Shown in pieces: positions 56,140-64,000 of a DNA stretch of 64,000 nt (position 1 is the first letter of the stretch; each line of letters begins with the position of its first letter). The translations under genes were made by a program, and so were the position numbers. The stretch comes from a phage. The notes under the pieces were generated by a model. That model saw only the letters and a program-made list of their open reading frames with translations, ran no database searches and was not told the origin of the DNA. Location: the NCBI GenBank assembly GCA_017822615.1, contig GCA_017822615.1_4530.1. One strand, written 5' to 3'.

Positions 56140-58293
56140 CTATATATAAAATTTTTGTGTTGTTACCAAATCTTCTCCAGATTTAGTAGCTAATGTAATT
56201 CCACTTATGGTAGCAATCTCAACATTTGCTTGTTTAAGAGTGATATCTTGCAAATAACAATTCAAAGGCACATTACCCATATAGAAAACTTGGGATTGAG
56301 AATTAACTACCGTGATGGAATCATGCATTATTTGAGGATAGGCCCATATATATTGTGTAAGCCCATTGAACTTATTGGCGTTCAACACTATATTACCTAT
56401 AATCATCTTCCAAAGATATGTGCGGTAGTTTGATTTAGGATCAAAGCCATACAAAGGTGCAAGAGTAGCATCTGGAACAAAACCTGAAAGGTAGTGAATA
56501 TCAGAATATTCAAAACCTAATTTTTCATGTGGTATAGTAATTGCATCAAATGCTTTCATCATCTTACCTTCCAGAAGCCAGTCATAACACTCTGAACAGT
56601 AAAAATCAAAAGCTTCAGGAATGTAGTAATCAGACGGGAAGTTAACTTTCTCCATCAAACCGTTGCCGATAATTGATGGCAAGAACGGAAGCAATGTTAC
56701 CTTGGCTCCTGGGTAAGTTGCTCTAGTATCTGTTGCAAACTTTGTAACTCTTAATCCTAGTTTACGAGACAAAAATGCATAATATTCGTCAAACGGCGTT
56801 CCTGTTTTATAATTATCTATTGTTCCTGCATCTTGTGCAAATAAACCTGTTTCTGTGTTGAATGCCAGTTTGGTAGTGTAATCATATATGCAAGGCATTT
56901 TACTTGCTGTATTATACCACCACCAAGGCTCACCAATTTGAATGACAACTGGAATATTATTAGCTTGCGAAATAGATGCTATTTTATTAATAACATTTTG
57001 CAAATATTCCATACCTTCGTCAATAGTTGGAGACAACACATAACTAGGAGGTTCATACCCTGTTGCTGCAAGAGCATCGTTCCAATCATGCTGGACCCAT
57101 TCTACAGGACAAACTGTGCTCATCAATTCAAAACTTAAAGAGTTCATTATTGTGTAGCCCTTCTCGTTTGCTATAGAATGGAAGCTGTTAAGCCAAGCTT
57201 CTGTAGCCGGATTCAGGAAAACAGATTTATTTAAAGCCCAAGATGTTCCATTCCATGAGAACTCATAATAGTGAGACATTCCGTTATAATGGTTAATCAT
57301 CCCACGATAACCTAGTGCATATGTATTATAAATAACTCTCTCTGGAGTCAGGTTATACATATCATCATAAGATGTGCACATGCGAATATCATGTTCAGGC
57401 TGGACAAGGTTGCTGACTTTCATCATACTGTAACCAGAGGTAGGTTCAAGAAGAGTGAAAGTAAACCAAGCCTCTTGACTGTCAATAGGTACAACCTCTT
57501 CTATTTCTTCATACCTTGCTGTAATCAAAGAGAAGAAAATATTATCTACAGCACTCATATCCAAAGGAATATCATTATTAGGGCCAGAAAAGATATTACC
57601 AAAATCTAACTTGATTGTAGCTGTTTTACCATCTTCTGAAATATCTGAAGCGTAGAATCCTAAACTGACATAATGAACACTTTTATCCAGGAGAGTTACA
57701 GTCAAAGTCGGCACCAAAGGTTCTTCTTTAAAACCTGGCATGTTTTGACTAATTTCCATTTTAAACCAAAGTTTCTCTGAACTTAAATCTGTGTGGGGTA
57801 AATACCCAACACCTTTATGGTCATATTTGTCAACTGTGCTCCAGATAACCCCTGCCAAACCTGCTGTTGTTCTGTTTACAAATCTTGCAGTAAAAGAGTC
57901 TCCATGAGATACAATAGAACAACTTTCCGTTGCTTGAGAATCTATTGTCCAATACATAGGAGAGAACATTTTAACGTCTTTTGTAGTCCAAGTTATTGGA
58001 GTAGTATTTTCTTGGATAGTAGTTATAATACAATTGATGGTTGTTTCAACCATCATGTTATTTTGACTAATCCCTGAAACTTGGAGGGAGAAGTTAAGAT
58101 CTATTGAGTTCTTTGGTCGTTCAAATACTTCAACCACAATGGTAGCAGAATCAGCATCATCAGGGAACACAAGTGTTCCCGATTTTGCAATATAATCTCT
58201 ACCAGCGACTGCTGTTCCATCAACAGTCGTGTAGTTAAATGAACTCGCATTTACTCTCTTGTCTCGCGTGACAGTAAATATAGCTTGTTTCAT
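56140..58293 (-). CDS. large structural/tail-associated protein
   Basis: 717 aa, aromatic-rich, within structural operon. Confidence 0.4.
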   Translation of the reverse strand: MKQAIFTVTRDKRVNASSFNYTTVDGTAVAGRDYIAKSGTLVFPDDADSATIVVEVFERPKNSIDLNFSLQVSGISQNNMMVETTINCIITTIQENTTPITWTTKDVKMFSPMYWTIDSQATESCSIVSHGDSFTARFVNRTTAGLAGVIWSTVDKYDHKGVGYLPHTDLSSEKLWFKMEISQNMPGFKEEPLVPTLTVTLLDKSVHYVSLGFYASDISEDGKTATIKLDFGNIFSGPNNDIPLDMSAVDNIFFSLITARYEEIEEVVPIDSQEAWFTFTLLEPTSGYSMMKVSNLVQPEHDIRMCTSYDDMYNLTPERVIYNTYALGYRGMINHYNGMSHYYEFSWNGTSWALNKSVFLNPATEAWLNSFHSIANEKGYTIMNSLSFELMSTVCPVEWVQHDWNDALAATGYEPPSYVLSPTIDEGMEYLQNVINKIASISQANNIPVVIQIGEPWWWYNTASKMPCIYDYTTKLAFNTETGLFAQDAGTIDNYKTGTPFDEYYAFLSRKLGLRVTKFATDTRATYPGAKVTLLPFLPSIIGNGLMEKVNFPSDYYIPEAFDFYCSECYDWLLEGKMMKAFDAITIPHEKLGFEYSDIHYLSGFVPDATLAPLYGFDPKSNYRTYLWKMIIGNIVLNANKFNGLTQYIWAYPQIMHDSITVVNSQSQVFYMGNVPLNCYLQDITLKQANVEIATISGITLATKSGEDLVTTQKFYI

Positions 58294-58301
58294 TTTACCC
58301 C

Positions 58302-61178
58302 TTACTCGGTAACGTCCACACTAATGTTTGCCATTGTCAAAACAGTAAGTGCAGGAATATTGCTCGAATCCAAAACAGGTAATGCATTTTGGGGATTAAG
58401 TTTTTTGTATAAGGCATACAACCCAAAACCACGTAACAACTCTCCGGCGTGGAAGCCAAAGAAGACTCCGTTATCACTGTCTGGTCTAGGAGCAGCACTC
58501 CAACAACCATTCATAACGTGATTAGGACCAAGAACAATATAATTTTCCTGAATAAGTTCAAAACAGCGATCTGCTACTATTTTAATGTTAGGAATTTCTG
58601 AATCATATCCAGCCATCCCCATTATAGCACATCCCGCCATAAAGAGCGCAGACATGTGACTTGTAAAGTCATCTACAGGCGCAGCCACTTCTCCGTTGGG
58701 ATAAAATATTGTTGGTGTTCTTCCTTCGTTGTTATCTTGGAACCACTTCAGATAATTGATCCAGTTTTTACAAACTGTTAAAAGTTTTGCAGGAACTTCT
58801 GCTCCTCGTTGCTTCAGTTCGTATACTGTATGACACGCACAGAAGAATGCTCGTGCTTCATAACCATCCCAAGCTTTATCGTTCCAATGATACATTGTGA
58901 ACTCATTCTTGTTTCCATATTTATGAGCATCCCAACGATCCCAAACATAAGCTTGTGCCATTGGCCCAGGCATCACAGGGGCAAACTTATTATAAAACCA
59001 CATTTGTGAATCATATAAAAAGTCTATACTGTTGTTCATACGAACCCAGTCAATATCTCTCCCTTTAAAACAATATAAGGATGGGTATTGATAACCTGGG
59101 TAAGGAATACCACGCCAACCATCATACAATGCTGTGTTAGGATCACTAATATTGGAAAATGGAATGATTCCTGGAGTATAATTCAAACTATCAAGTTTGT
59201 AGTCCAGTATCGTACAATCTCCAAGTTTTGCTGTATAAGGCTTTTCAGACGAAACTGTAACCCTGAAGTACATTGTGTAGTCATCGCCAGTGGCTGAAGA
59301 ATACAAAGATGGGATATCGTTAACGCAATAAAAGTCGATTGCCCCTGTCAAACCATTTGCAGGTTCAGAATCCAATGCAATGTTAATCTGATCAACAGTA
59401 GTCAGGTTTATTGACGAAGGTTTTGTCTCTGTGTCATTGTGATTAGGTTGCCAAGTACTTAATTTGAAATCAGCAGGACTTAAAGCTTTAGTAACCCATG
59501 CAGAATTTGTTTTTTCTAACATGGCCCACCATCTCCAACCTGCGGAATCCGTAATAGTGATGTTAAAATCATCTGCGTATGAACGATACGTAATAGATTT
59601 TAAATTGGTTGTTTTAGTTGGTGTTAACCAAAACCCAATAGTAAAACCACCATCTGAATCCATATTAGCAGAAACTATCTGATCACTATTTGTCCCAGCA
59701 ATACCAGTTGCATATTTATATTGTATCACAGTATTGCTTCCCCAGTCAACAATGATTCTAGGTTCAGCAATAATATATACACCACCTCCAGGAGGTTCAG
59801 TGCGCATAAAACTGGATAAAGGTATATCCATCTTAGTCATATTAGCTGCACCAAGAGGTAAGCCACAACGATATGTCACTGTGTCTGTTTCACTCTTAGT
59901 CTTGCTTAATTCTAACTCTGGACGGAAAAGAACACCTTCCCCTGCATCATCTACGCCTTGAAACTCAATACGCAGTTTTGAATTCTGATCCACTCTGAAC
60001 CAAACTGCTTGTTGTTCTAGAGTTGTTTGTGCTGCAACATCTTGGCGAATTACTGTGTATCCTAACTCGTCACGAGAATATTTAGGTATTGCTGTAGATG
60101 GGTATGAGTAATCATACGAGATACCATCTGTAAAAGGAATTATTGCTGTCGTAGATCTACGGAAGAATTTATCAAACATATCGATGTTTGAGTAGTCTTG
60201 ACACAACAATAAAGAAGATTGCCAGCAAAGCCAGTATTTTCTCTCTCCTGTGATTTGATACATCAAGTAGTTTGCATCACACCACCACGTTTCAGCATCG
60301 GAAGCATTATCTTGATAACCTAACTCTACCGGAACGTTTACAGGACGGTTATGCCACATCTCATTACGCTTAAGCAGATATCCACCGTGTTCTACAGGAT
60401 TGCATGTAGCGTAGTTGAATTTATAGTCCCCGTTCACAGAAGCATTTTTAAGTTGCACTGTTCCATATTCTGCGAAGCTGTGCCCTGTAGATAAAATGTT
60501 ACCGTCCCAATCAACTTTACGTCCTAGACGATCTATAATCCATTCAACGTCCCACTGATCTCCATATTCTTTCCAGTTGGTTGAACCATCTGGGTTAGTT
60601 GCATAAACTGTTGCGTTAACGGAGTTCCAACCAAGATTGCCATTGAAAGCAAACCAAGCTTTATCTAAGTATTCCCCCCAATGCGGTGCACCTTTAGGAA
60701 TAACAGTCCTTCCGTTAATCCAAGTCATCATGCTACCTTTGAACCCGCCGTGCGTAGGATACCCATCATCTGTGAGAGGGTAATGTGCTAAACGTGGTTC
60801 TTTACCATTGATGATCCAGTTGGGACGATATTTAGCTGGAGGATCAGGAATAGGTTGGCCCCCGAAGAAGTGATCTATATAGGCTTGCCAATACTTCTCG
60901 GCAGATTCAAGATATTTTTTATCCCCTGTAGCCAAATATGCATAAGCAAAACCAGTGATAAGCACAGATTGACCTTCGGTAGTAGCGTCACCGTTTGGTT
61001 GCCCTTCCTGCGCTGTCCAGTTAATAAAGTGTCTGTTGTTCGCCAATACGTTTTGTGGGTTGATAATGTAATGCTGAACCGTAGGATCTATGGTAAGCCC
61101 AGTATTTCTTTCCAAAAACTGAACCAACCCTTCAATCAACTGAAACGTGTTGTCAATATTGTGCTTAACTCTTGACAT
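58302..61178 (-). CDS. large tail-associated protein, Trp/Tyr-rich (possible carbohydrate-active domain)
   Basis: 958 aa with many W/Y and acidic residues; no motif assigned. Confidence 0.35.
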   Translation of the reverse strand: MSRVKHNIDNTFQLIEGLVQFLERNTGLTIDPTVQHYIINPQNVLANNRHFINWTAQEGQPNGDATTEGQSVLITGFAYAYLATGDKKYLESAEKYWQAYIDHFFGGQPIPDPPAKYRPNWIINGKEPRLAHYPLTDDGYPTHGGFKGSMMTWINGRTVIPKGAPHWGEYLDKAWFAFNGNLGWNSVNATVYATNPDGSTNWKEYGDQWDVEWIIDRLGRKVDWDGNILSTGHSFAEYGTVQLKNASVNGDYKFNYATCNPVEHGGYLLKRNEMWHNRPVNVPVELGYQDNASDAETWWCDANYLMYQITGERKYWLCWQSSLLLCQDYSNIDMFDKFFRRSTTAIIPFTDGISYDYSYPSTAIPKYSRDELGYTVIRQDVAAQTTLEQQAVWFRVDQNSKLRIEFQGVDDAGEGVLFRPELELSKTKSETDTVTYRCGLPLGAANMTKMDIPLSSFMRTEPPGGGVYIIAEPRIIVDWGSNTVIQYKYATGIAGTNSDQIVSANMDSDGGFTIGFWLTPTKTTNLKSITYRSYADDFNITITDSAGWRWWAMLEKTNSAWVTKALSPADFKLSTWQPNHNDTETKPSSINLTTVDQINIALDSEPANGLTGAIDFYCVNDIPSLYSSATGDDYTMYFRVTVSSEKPYTAKLGDCTILDYKLDSLNYTPGIIPFSNISDPNTALYDGWRGIPYPGYQYPSLYCFKGRDIDWVRMNNSIDFLYDSQMWFYNKFAPVMPGPMAQAYVWDRWDAHKYGNKNEFTMYHWNDKAWDGYEARAFFCACHTVYELKQRGAEVPAKLLTVCKNWINYLKWFQDNNEGRTPTIFYPNGEVAAPVDDFTSHMSALFMAGCAIMGMAGYDSEIPNIKIVADRCFELIQENYIVLGPNHVMNGCWSAAPRPDSDNGVFFGFHAGELLRGFGLYALYKKLNPQNALPVLDSSNIPALTVLTMANISVDVTE

Positions 61179-61651
61179 TAAATAACTCCTGCTAAAACTA
61201 AGCTACCTGTCCAAGTTGCTCCATTATCATAACTGATAAACTCAAAAGTGTCTGTTGCACCTTGACGATAACTCAAAACTGGGGAACGACCAAAACTCCA
61301 TTTTACAGAAGAAGGCCATACGACTTTATTTGCACCACTTCCTTGACGCAAAGCTAAAGTAAAGTTTAAAACTGCATTTGTTGCTACTGGAATATTAGTA
61401 AAACTAATTGTGCACGTTGCAGAAGATAAAGTTGCTGAAAAATATTCTGCCGAACTAATATCTAATGCTAGGGTGCTAGTTACTGTTCCCCGTGCATTCA
61501 GACGGTTTCTAGTTACCCCTGCACCACTCAACAGCACTTTCAAAGAAGTTTTCTTTGTTATTCCAGCCTGATCTGTTACAAAGAAATCTGTATCAGACAC
61601 AGAGGTTGTTTGGGTAAGATCAGAAACTTTGATCGTAGTTAAATCTGCCAT
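61178..61651 (-). CDS. structural protein
   Basis: 157 aa, S/T-rich beta-type composition. Confidence 0.4.
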   Translation of the reverse strand: MADLTTIKVSDLTQTTSVSDTDFFVTDQAGITKKTSLKVLLSGAGVTRNRLNARGTVTSTLALDISSAEYFSATLSSATCTISFTNIPVATNAVLNFTLALRQGSGANKVVWPSSVKWSFGRSPVLSYRQGATDTFEFISYDNGATWTGSLVLAGVI

Positions 61652-62277
61652 TACTCTTCTACTCCTGTCATAGCTGTTATACCGAAATTATTGTTTGTAG
61701 CTAATGCATCACCTTTTTCGTTAACCATGATTCTTTCCACTGCTGACTCTGTAGACCATTCATTCCACCAAGTAGAGTAGGTATCACGTGGCAAACCAAC
61801 AAAGTTGATAAAGCGATAAAGTCTATTCGAATTCTCAACAATACTGTAAGCTTCGCAAGTGATCGCTGCATTGTCTTCACCAGCTTCAGGGTAAATAAAC
61901 TCTTCAGAAGGTTGAGTATTGAATATAGATGTTACTGTATCTGCTCCAACTGTGACCATAACTGTCATTGAGTAATAACGTTGATCCATGTCATACGCAG
62001 ATTTATAACTGTTTATTGTATCAATGTAAACGTTTTTGGCAATCTCTGCTAAAAATATTCTGTCTACAATATCTTTCTTTCTGGCAACACCAATAATCTC
62101 TTGTAAGTAAGGAACACCGAAGTTAGTATTTAAAAACCACTCCCCACGATACGTGTTCAGAGTTATCCCAAGAGTTTGTGCTGCAATTTCTGTTCTGGTT
62201 GTAGTGAGGACCAAATCCCCATCATCCATGATGAGGTCGTTGTTTGGTCCAAGCTTTAAGTCAAAAGGGATTCCCAT
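61651..62277 (-). CDS. baseplate protein (gpW/XkdS-like?)
   Basis: 208 aa; position after spike gene. Confidence 0.35.
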   Translation of the reverse strand: MGIPFDLKLGPNNDLIMDDGDLVLTTTRTEIAAQTLGITLNTYRGEWFLNTNFGVPYLQEIIGVARKKDIVDRIFLAEIAKNVYIDTINSYKSAYDMDQRYYSMTVMVTVGADTVTSIFNTQPSEEFIYPEAGEDNAAITCEAYSIVENSNRLYRFINFVGLPRDTYSTWWNEWSTESAVERIMVNEKGDALATNNNFGITAMTGVEE

Positions 62278-62278
62278 G

Positions 62279-63013
62279 TTAGGCTCCTGTTGGTTTTAAG
62301 GACTCGGCACTTGAGCTACCGCTCTGAATGTTACGAACCGTGTGCGTGTGAGTATGGAATCCGATGCCATTACCATCTGTCATCAAACCGTTCTGATCTA
62401 TTTTAAGACCATTGATATCTGCCACGCCGCCTTTGAAAGTTAAATTACCACCTTTTAGATCCAAAGTCCCTGTGCCATCTGTAATAGTAATACCAGAGGT
62501 AGTAATATCTATTTTCATCCCTTGACTATTCCATATTGAAATATTACCTGTAGGGTCGAAAGAAGCGTACGTGTTTTTGTTGTTAGAAATAACTACCTTT
62601 TCAGAATCTACAGCTTCTGTTGAATCTGTTCCTGTAGCTATTTTGGGAATAAAACAAATAGGGTATAATCCACAAGGCTGCATAAAAGTGGATGATGAAG
62701 AGGTTTCTCCACTAGTTTGCAGTGCATTAGAAGGATCTCTTTCAGAAAATATAACAGTTCCTAAATCGCCAGCTTTAATAGGGAATGAGATTCTTCCTGT
62801 CCCACCACCATTAACCATAAAAGGAACATCTTCAAAAGTAGGGTAATCTATTTCATCTTCGCTAGATCGTGTGTTTTTAACAATAGATTCTAAGGTGACA
62901 GTCTTAGCACCATAATTAACGCCAGTCACACGGACTGGCAGGGCTGTATGGACTTCTGCTAATTGTTCTGTCATTAAGCCACGCATTGCTGTGACAAAAT
63001 TTAATGCATCCAT
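62279..63013 (-). CDS. baseplate central spike-like protein with HTHTHT metal-binding motif
   Basis: 244 aa; C-terminal GIGFHTHTHTV resembles HxH apex motifs of gpV-type spikes. Confidence 0.4.
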   Translation of the reverse strand: MDALNFVTAMRGLMTEQLAEVHTALPVRVTGVNYGAKTVTLESIVKNTRSSEDEIDYPTFEDVPFMVNGGGTGRISFPIKAGDLGTVIFSERDPSNALQTSGETSSSSTFMQPCGLYPICFIPKIATGTDSTEAVDSEKVVISNNKNTYASFDPTGNISIWNSQGMKIDITTSGITITDGTGTLDLKGGNLTFKGGVADINGLKIDQNGLMTDGNGIGFHTHTHTVRNIQSGSSSAESLKPTGA

Positions 63014-64000
63014 TATTTCTCCTTAGTCATTATTTCAGACACGGATACACACTCCACTTCAGTAACCCACTCTTTACCCTCTTTATCACCATTGTGAGAA
63101 ACAGAAACAACTTTAAATGGACCATCATAATCTCGGCTTTTTAACCAGATTGTTTTTTCTGGTAATATTGCACCATTCATTTGACATTTGAATTTAACAC
63201 CATCTGTAGGTTTCTTTGCCTTCTTAGAGGACTTGGTAACTTTTTTAGTAGGTTTTATATCGTTGTGGAATGGTTCTGGACTTCCTATCAGACCAGTTTC
63301 AGGGCTAATATAGGCGCTACGTGCACTAGACATTTGTGAACGAGGCGTGACATAAACAGATCCATCTTGTATTGACACATTGTGATCAATACTTTTACAA
63401 ATATGTTCTAGGTAATGTGAAGTGTTTCCACACATAGCTGTTGCTGAAGATAAGGTTTGATCATTATCTACGTGTATATTACCTTCTGTAGTTCCTAAAT
63501 CCTTTACCAAATCTGTCACAACACGTTTTATTTTAGTTCCTTTTGGATAACTGCGACTTGTTCTTGCTTCTGCAATGTTAATACCGCCATCTAAACAGTG
63601 TAAAGTGGTTTTCCTGTCTACCGAGTCAAAAGTATCACTAACCCACTGGATAGTTCCTTTGAAGATCATAACCAACTCTTCACCTTCGTATCCTACCGCT
63701 AAAGCAACAGCCAAGTTATTTCGGATACCACGGTTTATATAGTTAACAGTATCATCCGAAAGGTTATAAACTACAATCTCTGCTTGGTTAGGATCTTTGT
63801 TATTATCTTTCTTAATACTGAAGGTTATTTGATGGTCTTGCAACAAATACAAATTAGAAGAGGATTTTTCTGTTGTCCCTAACTTGGTATCCAAATCTAC
63901 TGTAGATTTAAATGCCGAGTTCTTAGTTCTCTTCTGTATTGTGTTTGTGGCAGAACCAATTAATAATTTGTATGCCCTGTTTAAATTAGGGGCAGGAGCT
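63013..64000 (-). CDS. structural protein, 5' end beyond window
   Basis: reading frame stays open upstream of the track's TTG start through position 64000; gene is truncated by the window edge. Confidence 0.45.
   Translation of the reverse strand, partial: APAPNLNRAYKLLIGSATNTIQKRTKNSAFKSTVDLDTKLGTTEKSSSNLYLLQDHQITFSIKKDNNKDPNQAEIVVYNLSDDTVNYINRGIRNNLAVALAVGYEGEELVMIFKGTIQWVSDTFDSVDRKTTLHCLDGGINIAEARTSRSYPKGTKIKRVVTDLVKDLGTTEGNIHVDNDQTLSSATAMCGNTSHYLEHICKSIDHNVSIQDGSVYVTPRSQMSSARSAYISPETGLIGSPEPFHNDIKPTKKVTKSSKKAKKPTDGVKFKCQMNGAILPEKTIWLKSRDYDGPFKVVSVSHNGDKEGKEWVTEVECVSVSEIMTKEK

Noticed and set aside
1-64000. Lysogeny module (integrase, repressor, attP) or mobile element
   Set aside because: No tyrosine/serine recombinase motifs, transposase or terminal inverted repeats seen; gene content is consistent with a strictly lytic phage.

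Overview
This window reads as a contiguous piece of a large, AT-rich, virulent tailed phage genome (Caudoviricetes, contractile-tail-type baseplate genes) that infects an enterobacterium. All calls rest on motif recognition by eye; no database search was run. There are three transcriptional blocks. (i) 378-6602, leftward: small early-type genes including a NADAR-domain protein, a Cys-rich tandem-repeat protein and a P-loop ATPase. (ii) 6717-41705, rightward: many small ORFs, a DUF2829-like protein, a UvrD-like helicase, anaerobic ribonucleotide reductase NrdD/NrdG, a tellurite-resistance-type Ter-domain module (HAD-like, PRTase-like, macro domain, TerC, TelA-like, vWA/TerY-like, TerD), a SleB-like cell-wall hydrolase, four glycosyltransferases (one interrupted by a frameshift in a T4 run), a primase-helicase, an N6-adenine methyltransferase, a family A DNA polymerase and an SSB carrying an E. 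coli-type C-terminal tip. (iii) 41768-64000, leftward: structural module with baseplate proteins and several very large tail fibre/tailspike proteins; the last gene runs off the window edge. Sigma70-like promoters (TTGACA-N16-18-TAnnnT) and GC-rich hairpin terminators punctuate the rightward block. No integrase, tRNA, rRNA or CRISPR array was recognised. The most interesting candidate is the phage-borne Ter module together with the ADP-ribose-processing proteins (NADAR, macro).
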